Origin: an uncultured bacterium
GTDB taxonomy: Bacteria > Edwardsbacteria > AC1 > EtOH8
Length of the DNA stretch: 64,000 nt
Direction of reading: 5' to 3'
Assembly (NCBI GenBank): GCA_937863685.1
Contig: CALMGM010000010.1
Span: forward strand, 84,158 to 148,157
Below, piece by piece: positions 45,903 through 53,759 of this stretch; positions within the stretch are counted from its first letter, which is position 1, and each line of letters starts with the position of its first letter. A program made the translations under genes and the position numbers. A model generated the notes under the pieces. It did no database searches. It had not been told where the DNA came from and was given only the letters and a program-made list of their open reading frames with translations.

Positions 45903-46817
45903 ATGCCTATGCTAGTCGTCGGCTCCATCGCACTGGATTCGGTCAAGACCCCGTTCGGGGAGACCAAGGAAGCCCTGGGAGGCAGCGCTTTGTATTTTTC
46001 CTCGGCCGCCAGTTTCTTCACCCAGGTCAGCCTGGTGGGGGTAGTGGGGGAGGATTTCCCCAAAGATAATATCGAATTCCTGGCCAAGCGGGGAGTGGAT
46101 CTTTCCGGGCTGGAAGTGGTGCCGGGCAAGACCTTCCGCTGGGCGGGTTCCTATCAATACGATATGAACGAGGCCAAGACCCATGCCACCGATCTCAACG
46201 TCTTCGAGGGATTCCGGCCCAAGCTGAAGCCCGAACACGAAAAGACGGAATTTCTCTTTCTGGCCAATATCGACCCGGTGCTGCAGCAGGACGTCATCTC
46301 CAAGGTCAAGGGACCGAAAGCCATCGGCTGCGACACCATGAATTTCTGGATAAGCGGCAAAAAGGACGAACTGCTGAAGACCCTCAAAAAAGTGGACATC
46401 ATGTTCATCAACGACGCCGAAGCCCGACAGCTGGCCGGAGTGCCCAACCTGATCAAAGCGGCCAAGGCCATCAGGGCCATGGGCCCGAAGATCCTGGTGA
46501 TAAAAAAGGGCGAGCACGGGGCCATGCTGCTGACCGATGATACGGTCTTCTCGGTTCCGGCCTATCCCTTGGAGGACGTGTTCGATCCCACCGGAGCGGG
46601 CGATTCCTTTGCCGGAGGCTTTATGGGCTATATGTCGTCCAAGGGGGAGATAAACGACCGGAACCTGCGCCGGGCTATGATCTACGGCAGCGTGATGGCC
46701 TCCTTCAACGTGGAGAGTTTCTCCATGGAGCGGCTGAAAACATTGACCAAGGATGAGATCGAACAGCGGTTCAAGGAATTCAAGAAACTGTCGTACTTCG
46801 AGGAATTCGAGGTTTAG
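45903..46817 (+). CDS. PfkB-family sugar/nucleoside kinase
   Basis: Ribokinase-like fold motifs: N-terminal GG pair, C-terminal DPTGAGDSFAGGF. Confidence 0.7.
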   Translation: MPMLVVGSIALDSVKTPFGETKEALGGSALYFSSAASFFTQVSLVGVVGEDFPKDNIEFLAKRGVDLSGLEVVPGKTFRWAGSYQYDMNEAKTHATDLNVFEGFRPKLKPEHEKTEFLFLANIDPVLQQDVISKVKGPKAIGCDTMNFWISGKKDELLKTLKKVDIMFINDAEARQLAGVPNLIKAAKAIRAMGPKILVIKKGEHGAMLLTDDTVFSVPAYPLEDVFDPTGAGDSFAGGFMGYMSSKGEINDRNLRRAMIYGSVMASFNVESFSMERLKTLTKDEIEQRFKEFKKLSYFEEFEV

Positions 46818-46951
46818 TGATTTAATTGAACATGGATTGGGTCTTTGCCGGGGCTGGCGCGGAATTTTTAGTCACAATAAATTTATACCATTCTGAAGCT
46901 GACACCTTGCCGTACCAGCCAAAGCATCATACTTTAAACCAGGAAGCGGCG

Positions 46952-47530
46952 ATGATAAAAAAGTTCCCCGGGGGCTTCTTTGCAGAGGCAGGCGAGTGGG
47001 CGCGGAAAAGATGGTGGCCGTTGCGCTTGCTGCTCTGGCTGTATTTTAGCTATGTTTTTTTCAATCATTTGAGAGACCCGTTTTATCAAAGCTGGTTCAA
47101 ACCGATCAACCTTGGCATCCATGAACTGGGGCATGTCCTGTTCTCAATGTTCGGGCAATTTTTAGCGATAGCCGGCGGATCCATCGTTCAGCTGCTGGTG
47201 CCGGTCATTTCCTTTTTTATCTTTTATCGGCAGCGGGATTTTTTCGCTATTTCTGTTTCCGCCATGTGGCTTTCCACCAACTTGTTTGATGTTTCAACCT
47301 ATATGGCAGATGCCAGAGCAATGGAGCTGCCCCTGGTTTCACCTTTTGGGGGAGATGATGTCATCCATGATTGGAATTTTCTGCTGGAAAGAATGAATCT
47401 CCTGAAGATGGATTATCTTTTGGCCGGAATGGTCAAAGCCTTCGCGGTCGTTTCCATGGTTGCCGGCCTGAGTTTCGCCGGCTGGCTGTTGCTTAAAATG
47501 ATCAGGGACCTCGGTGATGCAAAAATATAG
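46952..47530 (+). CDS. hypothetical membrane protein with HExxH motif (ORF opens at 46826)
   Basis: 4-5 TM helices; HELGH within a membrane segment; family not recognised. Confidence 0.35.
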   Translation: MIKKFPGGFFAEAGEWARKRWWPLRLLLWLYFSYVFFNHLRDPFYQSWFKPINLGIHELGHVLFSMFGQFLAIAGGSIVQLLVPVISFFIFYRQRDFFAISVSAMWLSTNLFDVSTYMADARAMELPLVSPFGGDDVIHDWNFLLERMNLLKMDYLLAGMVKAFAVVSMVAGLSFAGWLLLKMIRDLGDAKI

Positions 47531-47718
47531 TCACTTGGTTTTATAATTTGTAATTCCCTGTGATCAACTATTGATTAGGATATCGATAGTCACGGATGGC
47601 ATAGATTTCCCTGCCATAATAGTGCAACGGCCGGTGAAGAAGTTCATGAAAGCAGCAGCGGGCGATGCGATCTAAAAGCCGGATAATAAGCATGTTAAAC
47701 GAAAATGGGGGAGGGGTG

Positions 47719-48597
47719 ATGAAGAAAACTCTGACGTCGGCATTGATTTTGATCATGCTTTCATCAATCGTTCTGGCACAGACCGCCAAGAAGACCGCGG
47801 TGGCTGTAATGCCGCTGCGCGGGTCGGACATCTCCGAGACCGAGGCCAAATTTCTTACCGAACGCCTGAACATTGAACTTCAGAGGACCGACAGCTTTGA
47901 CGTGCTGGAGCGGGACAAGATGGACGAGATCCTCAAAGAGCAGGGTTTCCAGCAGACCGGGGCCTGTGATGAGACCGCCTGCCTGGTGGAGGCCGGAAGG
48001 CTGCTGCCGGTGCAGAAGATGATCGGCGGCTCGGCCGGCAAGGTGGGCAACATCTACTCGGCCCAGATCCGTCTGATAGACCTCAAGACCGGCAAGGTCG
48101 AAAAGACCGCCACCCGGGATTACCAGGGCCAGCTGGATTTCCTGCTGACCGCCGGCATGCGGGAGGCGGCCGAGGAATTGTCCGGGATGCTCAAGCCCCA
48201 GGAGAAGGTCCCGGTCCAGCAGCAGATGAACCAGCAGACCGAGACCATGATGCGGGGCTTCATGGAGGCCCAATACGAGGATAAATCCAAATCCAAAGGC
48301 TGGGCGACATTCTGGTCAATAATCCCCGGTTGCGGCAATATATATGCTAAAAACTACAAAGGGGGAATTCTTTTCTTAACAGCTGGCTTGGTGACCCAAA
48401 GCATCTGGATAGAAAAGAACGATGATTCCAAGGGGATGTGGGGAATGATCTACCTTGGCATCAGGACCAGCGACTGGGTAATAGCAATGAGAAGCGTTAA
48501 CAAGTACAACGCCAATCTCAGAAAAAAATACGGACTGAGCTTCGATGTCGTCCCCCGGCGGGACGGCATTTCCACGGCACTGAGCATGGAATTCTAA
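47719..48597 (+). CDS. secreted CsgG/LpoB-like domain protein, paralog 2 (ORF opens at 47665)
   Basis: Signal peptide; domain VAVMPLRG…VLERDKMDEILKEQGFQQTGACDETACLVEAGRLLPVQKMIGGSAGKVG…IRLIDLKTGKV; C-terminal hydrophobic region with IPGCGNIY motif and terminal GISTALSMEF. Confidence 0.5.
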   Translation: MKKTLTSALILIMLSSIVLAQTAKKTAVAVMPLRGSDISETEAKFLTERLNIELQRTDSFDVLERDKMDEILKEQGFQQTGACDETACLVEAGRLLPVQKMIGGSAGKVGNIYSAQIRLIDLKTGKVEKTATRDYQGQLDFLLTAGMREAAEELSGMLKPQEKVPVQQQMNQQTETMMRGFMEAQYEDKSKSKGWATFWSIIPGCGNIYAKNYKGGILFLTAGLVTQSIWIEKNDDSKGMWGMIYLGIRTSDWVIAMRSVNKYNANLRKKYGLSFDVVPRRDGISTALSMEF

Positions 48598-48618
48598 TTT
48601 TATTCAAGGAACCTGAAT

Positions 48619-49476
48619 ATGGAAAAAGCATTTTTGATATTGTTTTTTTCAATTATCGCTTTGTCTAGTTATGCACAGTCCGAAAGGAAAACGGCTGTGG
48701 CCGTAATGGATTTGCGCGGCTCGGGAATTTCAGCGATAGATGCTAAGTTTTTAACCGACAGGCTTATGATAGAGCTACAACGCACAGATGTTTTTGACGT
48801 ATTGGAACGCGACAAGATTGGAGAGATACTCAAAGAACAAGGTTTTCAGCAAACTGGTGCTTGTGACCAGACCTCTTGTTTGGTTGAGGCAGGGAGATTG
48901 TTACCGGTTGAAAAAATGATAGGTGGTAGCGTAGGCAAATTCGGTGAAACTTTTTCTGTTCAAGTTCGTCTAATAGATTTAAAAACTGCTAAAGTTGAAA
49001 AAACAGCTACTAAAGATTTCAGCCAAAAAATGGATTATTTGTTGACAAATGGTATGCAATTAATTGCTTACGACTTGGCAGAAAAAAACAACAATAAAAA
49101 GTATGTTTTGGTACATGAAAAAATAATACCAGATTCAATCGCTGCAAAATATAAATCAAGTTCATTAGCTGCTATTTCATCTTTTATAGTCCCAGGATCC
49201 GGACAATATTATATTGGTAAATATAAGATGGGTTCTTTATTTTTAATTTCTGAGGTGGGTTTGGGATTGACTGCAATGGCGTTGCGCGCTGAAGAAAACT
49301 GGACTTTTGAGTATATGGCGGTTATAAGTTGTTGTGTAATGCATATTGTGAACACCTCAACCGCTGTGTATTATGTAAAAAAACATAACGAAAATATTAA
49401 AAACAAATATAATCTGGGGATCAAATTTCGACCTAAGGCTAATGGCATCTCCACAGCGCTAAGCATGGAATTTTAA
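48619..49476 (+). CDS. secreted CsgG/LpoB-like domain protein, paralog 3 (AT-rich copy)
   Basis: Same domain as 47719 (…VLERDKIGEILKEQGFQQTGACDQTSCLVEAGRLLPVEKMIGGSVGKFG…) and identical C-terminal GISTALSMEF, but clearly lower GC and AT-rich codons. Confidence 0.5.
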   Translation: MEKAFLILFFSIIALSSYAQSERKTAVAVMDLRGSGISAIDAKFLTDRLMIELQRTDVFDVLERDKIGEILKEQGFQQTGACDQTSCLVEAGRLLPVEKMIGGSVGKFGETFSVQVRLIDLKTAKVEKTATKDFSQKMDYLLTNGMQLIAYDLAEKNNNKKYVLVHEKIIPDSIAAKYKSSSLAAISSFIVPGSGQYYIGKYKMGSLFLISEVGLGLTAMALRAEENWTFEYMAVISCCVMHIVNTSTAVYYVKKHNENIKNKYNLGIKFRPKANGISTALSMEF

Positions 49477-49519
49477 TTTATAAATATTGCCAATTTCACA
49501 TCTATCAACAAGGCTGACA

Positions 49520-52500
49520 ATGTACCAAAGCGTTCCCCAAAATCTGGATTTTCCCGAACTGGAAAAACGGATACAGAAATTCTGGGAAGACAACAAGACC
49601 TTCGAAAAGCTGACGGCCAGGAACCGCGGCTCGGCCAAGCGTTTTCGTTTTCTGGACGGGCCGATCACCGCCAACAACCCCATGGGGGTGCACCATGCCT
49701 GGGGCCGCACCTACAAGGACCTCTATCATCGCTACAAGGCCATGCAGGGCCATGACGCCCGCTACCAGAACGGCTTCGACTGCCAGGGCCTGTGGGTGGA
49801 GGTGGAGGTGGAGAAGGAGCTGGGCTTCAAATCCAAGAAGGACATCGAATCCTACGGCATAGACAATTTCGTCAACCAGTGCAAGGAACGGGTGGATAAA
49901 TACTCCAAGGTGCAGACCGCCCAATCGAAACGTTTGGGTTTCTGGATGGACTGGGACAATTCCTACTACACCATGGCTCCGGAGAACAACTATGCCATCT
50001 GGCATTTTTTGAACAAATGCTACCAGAACGGCTGGATCTACAAGGGCAACGATGTTATGCCTTGGTGTACCCGCTGCGGCATCGCCCTGTCCGACATGGA
50101 GATCGCCACCGAGGGCTACGAGGAGAAGACCCATAAGAGCGTTTACATCAAACTGCCCATCAACGGCCGGACCAGCGAATTCCTTTTGGTGTGGACCACC
50201 ACCCCCTGGACCCTGACCTCCAACGTGGCGGTGGCGGTTCATCCGGATTTCACCTATCTCAAGGTCAAACAGGGAGAGGAGATCTTTTACCTGGCCAAGG
50301 GCCGCAAAGAGATTTTAAAAGGCGAATACCAGATCCTGGAAGAGCTGCCCGGTCAATCATTGGTAGGACTCAAGTATCAGGGACCGTTCAGCTATCTGCC
50401 TGCTCAGAAAACAGTACAACCCCGCACCGTGGCCTGGAAGGATGTTACAGAGGAGGATGGCACCGGGATGGTCCATATCGCTCCGGGCTGCGGCAAGGAG
50501 GACTTCGCCCTGGGCAAGCTGGAGAAACTGCCGGTGGTGGCCCCGCTGGACGAGGCCGGATATTATCTGGAGGGATTCGACTGGCTGACCGGCAAGGATG
50601 TCAGCCAGGCGGCCGACGACATCATCGCCGATCTTAAAAAGAGGGGCCTGCTGTACCATGCCCACAAATTCACCCACCGCTATCCGGTATGCTGGCGCTG
50701 CCATTCCGAGCTGGTGTTCCGGCTGGTGAACGAGTGGTTCATCAGCATGGGCCCGGTATACGACAAGCCCTACGACCAGGTCACCGCCCAGGAAAAAGAG
50801 AACAGCCTGCGATACCGGATAATGGATTCGGTCAAGACCGCCAGATGGATTCCATCATTCGGCGAGGACCGCGAGATGGACTGGCTGAAGAACATGAGCG
50901 ACTGGTGCATCTCCAAGAAACGTTACTGGGGGCTGGCCCTGCCGATATTCGAATGTAACTGTGGGCATTTCGAAGTTCTGGGGGGATACAAAGATTTAAA
51001 AGACCGGGCCGTTTCCGGTTGGGAGAAATTCGGCGGGCATACGCCGCACCGGCCTTGGGTCGATGGTATTAAAATAAAATGTACTAAATGTGGGAAAGAA
51101 GCCTCCCGCATCCCCGATGTAGGAAACCCCTGGCTGGATGCCGGGATCGTGCCTTATTCCACCACCATTCCTCTCGACGAATGTTATACTCCGGACAAGG
51201 AGAAATCCGGCCAATATAAGTTTGATCCCGACCGGGGATATCCCGCAAATAAAAAATATTGGGAGCAATGGTTCCCGGCCGAATTCATTACCGAGTGTTT
51301 CCCGGGCCAGTTCCGCAACTGGTTTTATGCCATTCTGACCATGAGCACCGTGCTGGAAAACAAGGCTCCATTCCAAACATTGCTGGGGCATGCTTCGGTC
51401 AAGGATGAAAAGGGCGAGGAGATGCACAAATCGAAAGGCAACTCCATTCCCTTCGACGAAGCGGCCGACAAGATCGGGGCCGACCTGATGCGCTGGATAT
51501 TCTGCTGCCAGAACGCCACCCAGAACCTGCATTTTGGCTATCACACGGCGGCGGAGTTCAAGCGCAAGCTGCTGACACTGCACAACGTCTATTCGTTCTA
51601 TATCACCTATGCCAAGCTGGATAATTTCAACCCGGCCGGAAAGAAACTGGATCGTGATAAACTGACCCTGCTCGACCGGTGGATACTGTCGGAGCTGAAC
51701 CTGCTGGTTAAAACAGCCCATGAGAGCCTGGACAATTACGAGGCCATGGCTCTGGCCAAAAAGATCGAAGCATTTGTGGAGGACCTCTCCACCTGGTATG
51801 TGCGAAGGTCCCGGCGGCGCTTCTGGAAATCGGAGAGCGACTCCGACAAGGAGCTGGCCTACCTGACGCTCTATACCTGCCTGGAGACGCTGATCCGCCT
51901 GATGGCCCCGATGATGCCGTTCTGGACCGAGGAGATCTACCAGAACCTGGTGCGGTCAATCTACCCCCAGGCCCCGGAGAGCGTGCACCTGACGGAATAT
52001 CCAAACATCGATGAGAACATGATCGACCAGAAACTGTCCGACGAAATGGCCCTGGTGCGCAAGGTGGTGTCCATGGGGCATGCGGCCAGAAAGGATTCCA
52101 GGATGAAGGTGCGTCAGCCCCTGGCAGGCATTCGCTACAAAGGCAAAGATGAAAGTTTCTGGAACTCTGTGGTCCGGTACAAAGATATAATCCTGGAAGA
52201 AGTGAACATAAAAAGCCTAGAGGCCACAGGTGATATTGAAAGCTTGGTCGAATACCGCGGCAAAGGCTTGGTCTCGAAATTGGGACCGAAGTTCGGACCG
52301 AAAGCCAAAGCTTTGGCAGAAAAGATATCTCAACTGGACAGCGCAAATGTAAAGGCCCTTAAGATCGCAGGACGTTTGGGCCTCTCCCTGGCCGACAGCC
52401 CGGTGGAGATCGTGGCAGAGGACGTAGAGATCAGCAGCATCTCCAAAGACGGATTGGCGGTCAAACAGGAGGGCGACGATTATGTGGCCCTGGATATTCG

Positions 52501-52774
52501 GTTGACGTCCGAGCTTATCACCGAAGGCTACGCCCGGGAACTGGTGCACAAGGTCCAGAACCTGCGCAAGGATTCGGGCTTCGAAGTGGCCGACCGGATC
52601 GAGATCGCTTACTCCGGAGACGGGGAACTGGAGGCGGCTCTGGCCGAACACGACAAATATATAAGATCGGAGACGCTGGCGGTGGCCCTGAGAAAAAAAC
52701 CTGCGGTTGCGGGACAGAAAATGGAGATCAACGGCAAAGAGATAACAATAGCAATCAACCAAGCACAATCCTAA
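49520..52774 (+). CDS. ileS: isoleucine--tRNA ligase, long (type-2-like) form (ORF opens at 49487)
   Basis: Class I HIGH-type motif (PMGVHHAWGR), KMSKS variant (MHKSKGN), editing domain, Cys-rich insertion (CNCGHF…CTKCGKE). Confidence 0.9.
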   Translation: MYQSVPQNLDFPELEKRIQKFWEDNKTFEKLTARNRGSAKRFRFLDGPITANNPMGVHHAWGRTYKDLYHRYKAMQGHDARYQNGFDCQGLWVEVEVEKELGFKSKKDIESYGIDNFVNQCKERVDKYSKVQTAQSKRLGFWMDWDNSYYTMAPENNYAIWHFLNKCYQNGWIYKGNDVMPWCTRCGIALSDMEIATEGYEEKTHKSVYIKLPINGRTSEFLLVWTTTPWTLTSNVAVAVHPDFTYLKVKQGEEIFYLAKGRKEILKGEYQILEELPGQSLVGLKYQGPFSYLPAQKTVQPRTVAWKDVTEEDGTGMVHIAPGCGKEDFALGKLEKLPVVAPLDEAGYYLEGFDWLTGKDVSQAADDIIADLKKRGLLYHAHKFTHRYPVCWRCHSELVFRLVNEWFISMGPVYDKPYDQVTAQEKENSLRYRIMDSVKTARWIPSFGEDREMDWLKNMSDWCISKKRYWGLALPIFECNCGHFEVLGGYKDLKDRAVSGWEKFGGHTPHRPWVDGIKIKCTKCGKEASRIPDVGNPWLDAGIVPYSTTIPLDECYTPDKEKSGQYKFDPDRGYPANKKYWEQWFPAEFITECFPGQFRNWFYAILTMSTVLENKAPFQTLLGHASVKDEKGEEMHKSKGNSIPFDEAADKIGADLMRWIFCCQNATQNLHFGYHTAAEFKRKLLTLHNVYSFYITYAKLDNFNPAGKKLDRDKLTLLDRWILSELNLLVKTAHESLDNYEAMALAKKIEAFVEDLSTWYVRRSRRRFWKSESDSDKELAYLTLYTCLETLIRLMAPMMPFWTEEIYQNLVRSIYPQAPESVHLTEYPNIDENMIDQKLSDEMALVRKVVSMGHAARKDSRMKVRQPLAGIRYKGKDESFWNSVVRYKDIILEEVNIKSLEATGDIESLVEYRGKGLVSKLGPKFGPKAKALAEKISQLDSANVKALKIAGRLGLSLADSPVEIVAEDVEISSISKDGLAVKQEGDDYVALDIRLTSELITEGYARELVHKVQNLRKDSGFEVADRIEIAYSGDGELEAALAEHDKYIRSETLAVALRKKPAVAGQKMEINGKEITIAINQAQS

Positions 52775-52789
52775 GGGGGAAAAATAGGT

Positions 52790-53188
52790 ATGAACAAAAA
52801 AGACCTGCAGCATTACGAGCAGCGGCTGATCCAGGAAAGAAAACTTTGCCTGTCGGAGCTGAGCAGCATCGAGAACGGCGAACTGATGGTAAACCAGAAG
52901 GAAGCTTCCGGCGACCTCTCTTCGTACTCCTTCCACATGGCCGACCAGGGTTCCGATACGATGGAGAAGGAGAAGAGCGTTTTCCTGGTTTCCTCCAAAG
53001 GCAAGGAGCTCTACGAGATCGACCAGGCCCTGTACCGGTTGAAGGACGGCAAGTTCGGGCCCTGCGAAAAGTGCGGCAAAGAGGTGGAGAAGGATCGGCT
53101 GGATGCCGTGCCTTACGCCAAGCTGTGCATCAAATGCCGGATCGCCGAGGAGAACGAGACCAAAAGCAAAAACAACAATTCTCGTTAG
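52790..53188 (+). CDS. DksA/TraR-family C4 zinc-finger protein
   Basis: C-terminal CEKCGKEV…CIKC four-Cys finger preceded by coiled-coil; conserved position between ileS and lspA. Confidence 0.7.
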   Translation: MNKKDLQHYEQRLIQERKLCLSELSSIENGELMVNQKEASGDLSSYSFHMADQGSDTMEKEKSVFLVSSKGKELYEIDQALYRLKDGKFGPCEKCGKEVEKDRLDAVPYAKLCIKCRIAEENETKSKNNNSR

Positions 53189-53195
53189 GCCGGAC

Positions 53196-53750
53196 TTGAG
53201 CGATAACAGCCTAAACAACCGGGTGATCCTGATGGCGGTGGCCATAGCGGTGTTCTTTTCGGACCAGGCCAGCAAGATGATGGTGCAGGGCACCATGGCC
53301 CTGGGCGAGAGCCGCCAGGTGCTGGGCGATCTGCTGCGGTTCACCTATATCCTTAATCCCAACGGGCTGATGGGCCTTTCCTTCGGTCCCTGGACCCGCT
53401 ATCTGCTGCTGCCGCTTTCCCTGGTGGCTCTGGCGGCCATAATATATTTCTATTACCGCTGGCAGGGCAGAAAGGTTATGGCGGCTGTGTCCCTGGGGAT
53501 GATCCTGGCCGGGGCGGCCGGCAACCTGCTGGACCGTTTCCGCCAGGGGGCGGTTGTGGACTTCATCGATTGCGAGTTTCCCGACATCAGCCTGTCCCCC
53601 TTCAAACTGGGACCGATAAAATTCGGCGGCTACTACCTGGACCGCTGGTATACTTTCAACATCGCCGACAGCGCGGTGCTGGTAGGGGTGGTGATCCTGC
53701 TGCTGATCACCCTCAGGGAAGAAACTCATGGCCAGCCAGGGGTGCTGTGA
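53196..53750 (+). CDS. lspA: lipoprotein signal peptidase II (start ambiguous: TTG 53196 or ATG 53232)
   Basis: Four TM helices with conserved LspA segments (…NPNGLMGLSFGPW…, …GAAGNLLDRFRQGAVVDFID…, FNIADSAV). Confidence 0.8.
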   Translation: MSDNSLNNRVILMAVAIAVFFSDQASKMMVQGTMALGESRQVLGDLLRFTYILNPNGLMGLSFGPWTRYLLLPLSLVALAAIIYFYYRWQGRKVMAAVSLGMILAGAAGNLLDRFRQGAVVDFIDCEFPDISLSPFKLGPIKFGGYYLDRWYTFNIADSAVLVGVVILLLITLREETHGQPGVL

Positions 53751-53759
53751 AAATGGAGC

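Noticed and set aside
47568-47873. 101-codon minus-strand ORF
   Set aside because: It lies in the intergenic region and leader of the CsgG-like paralog 2 gene and overlaps its start. It has no RBS and no homology signal.
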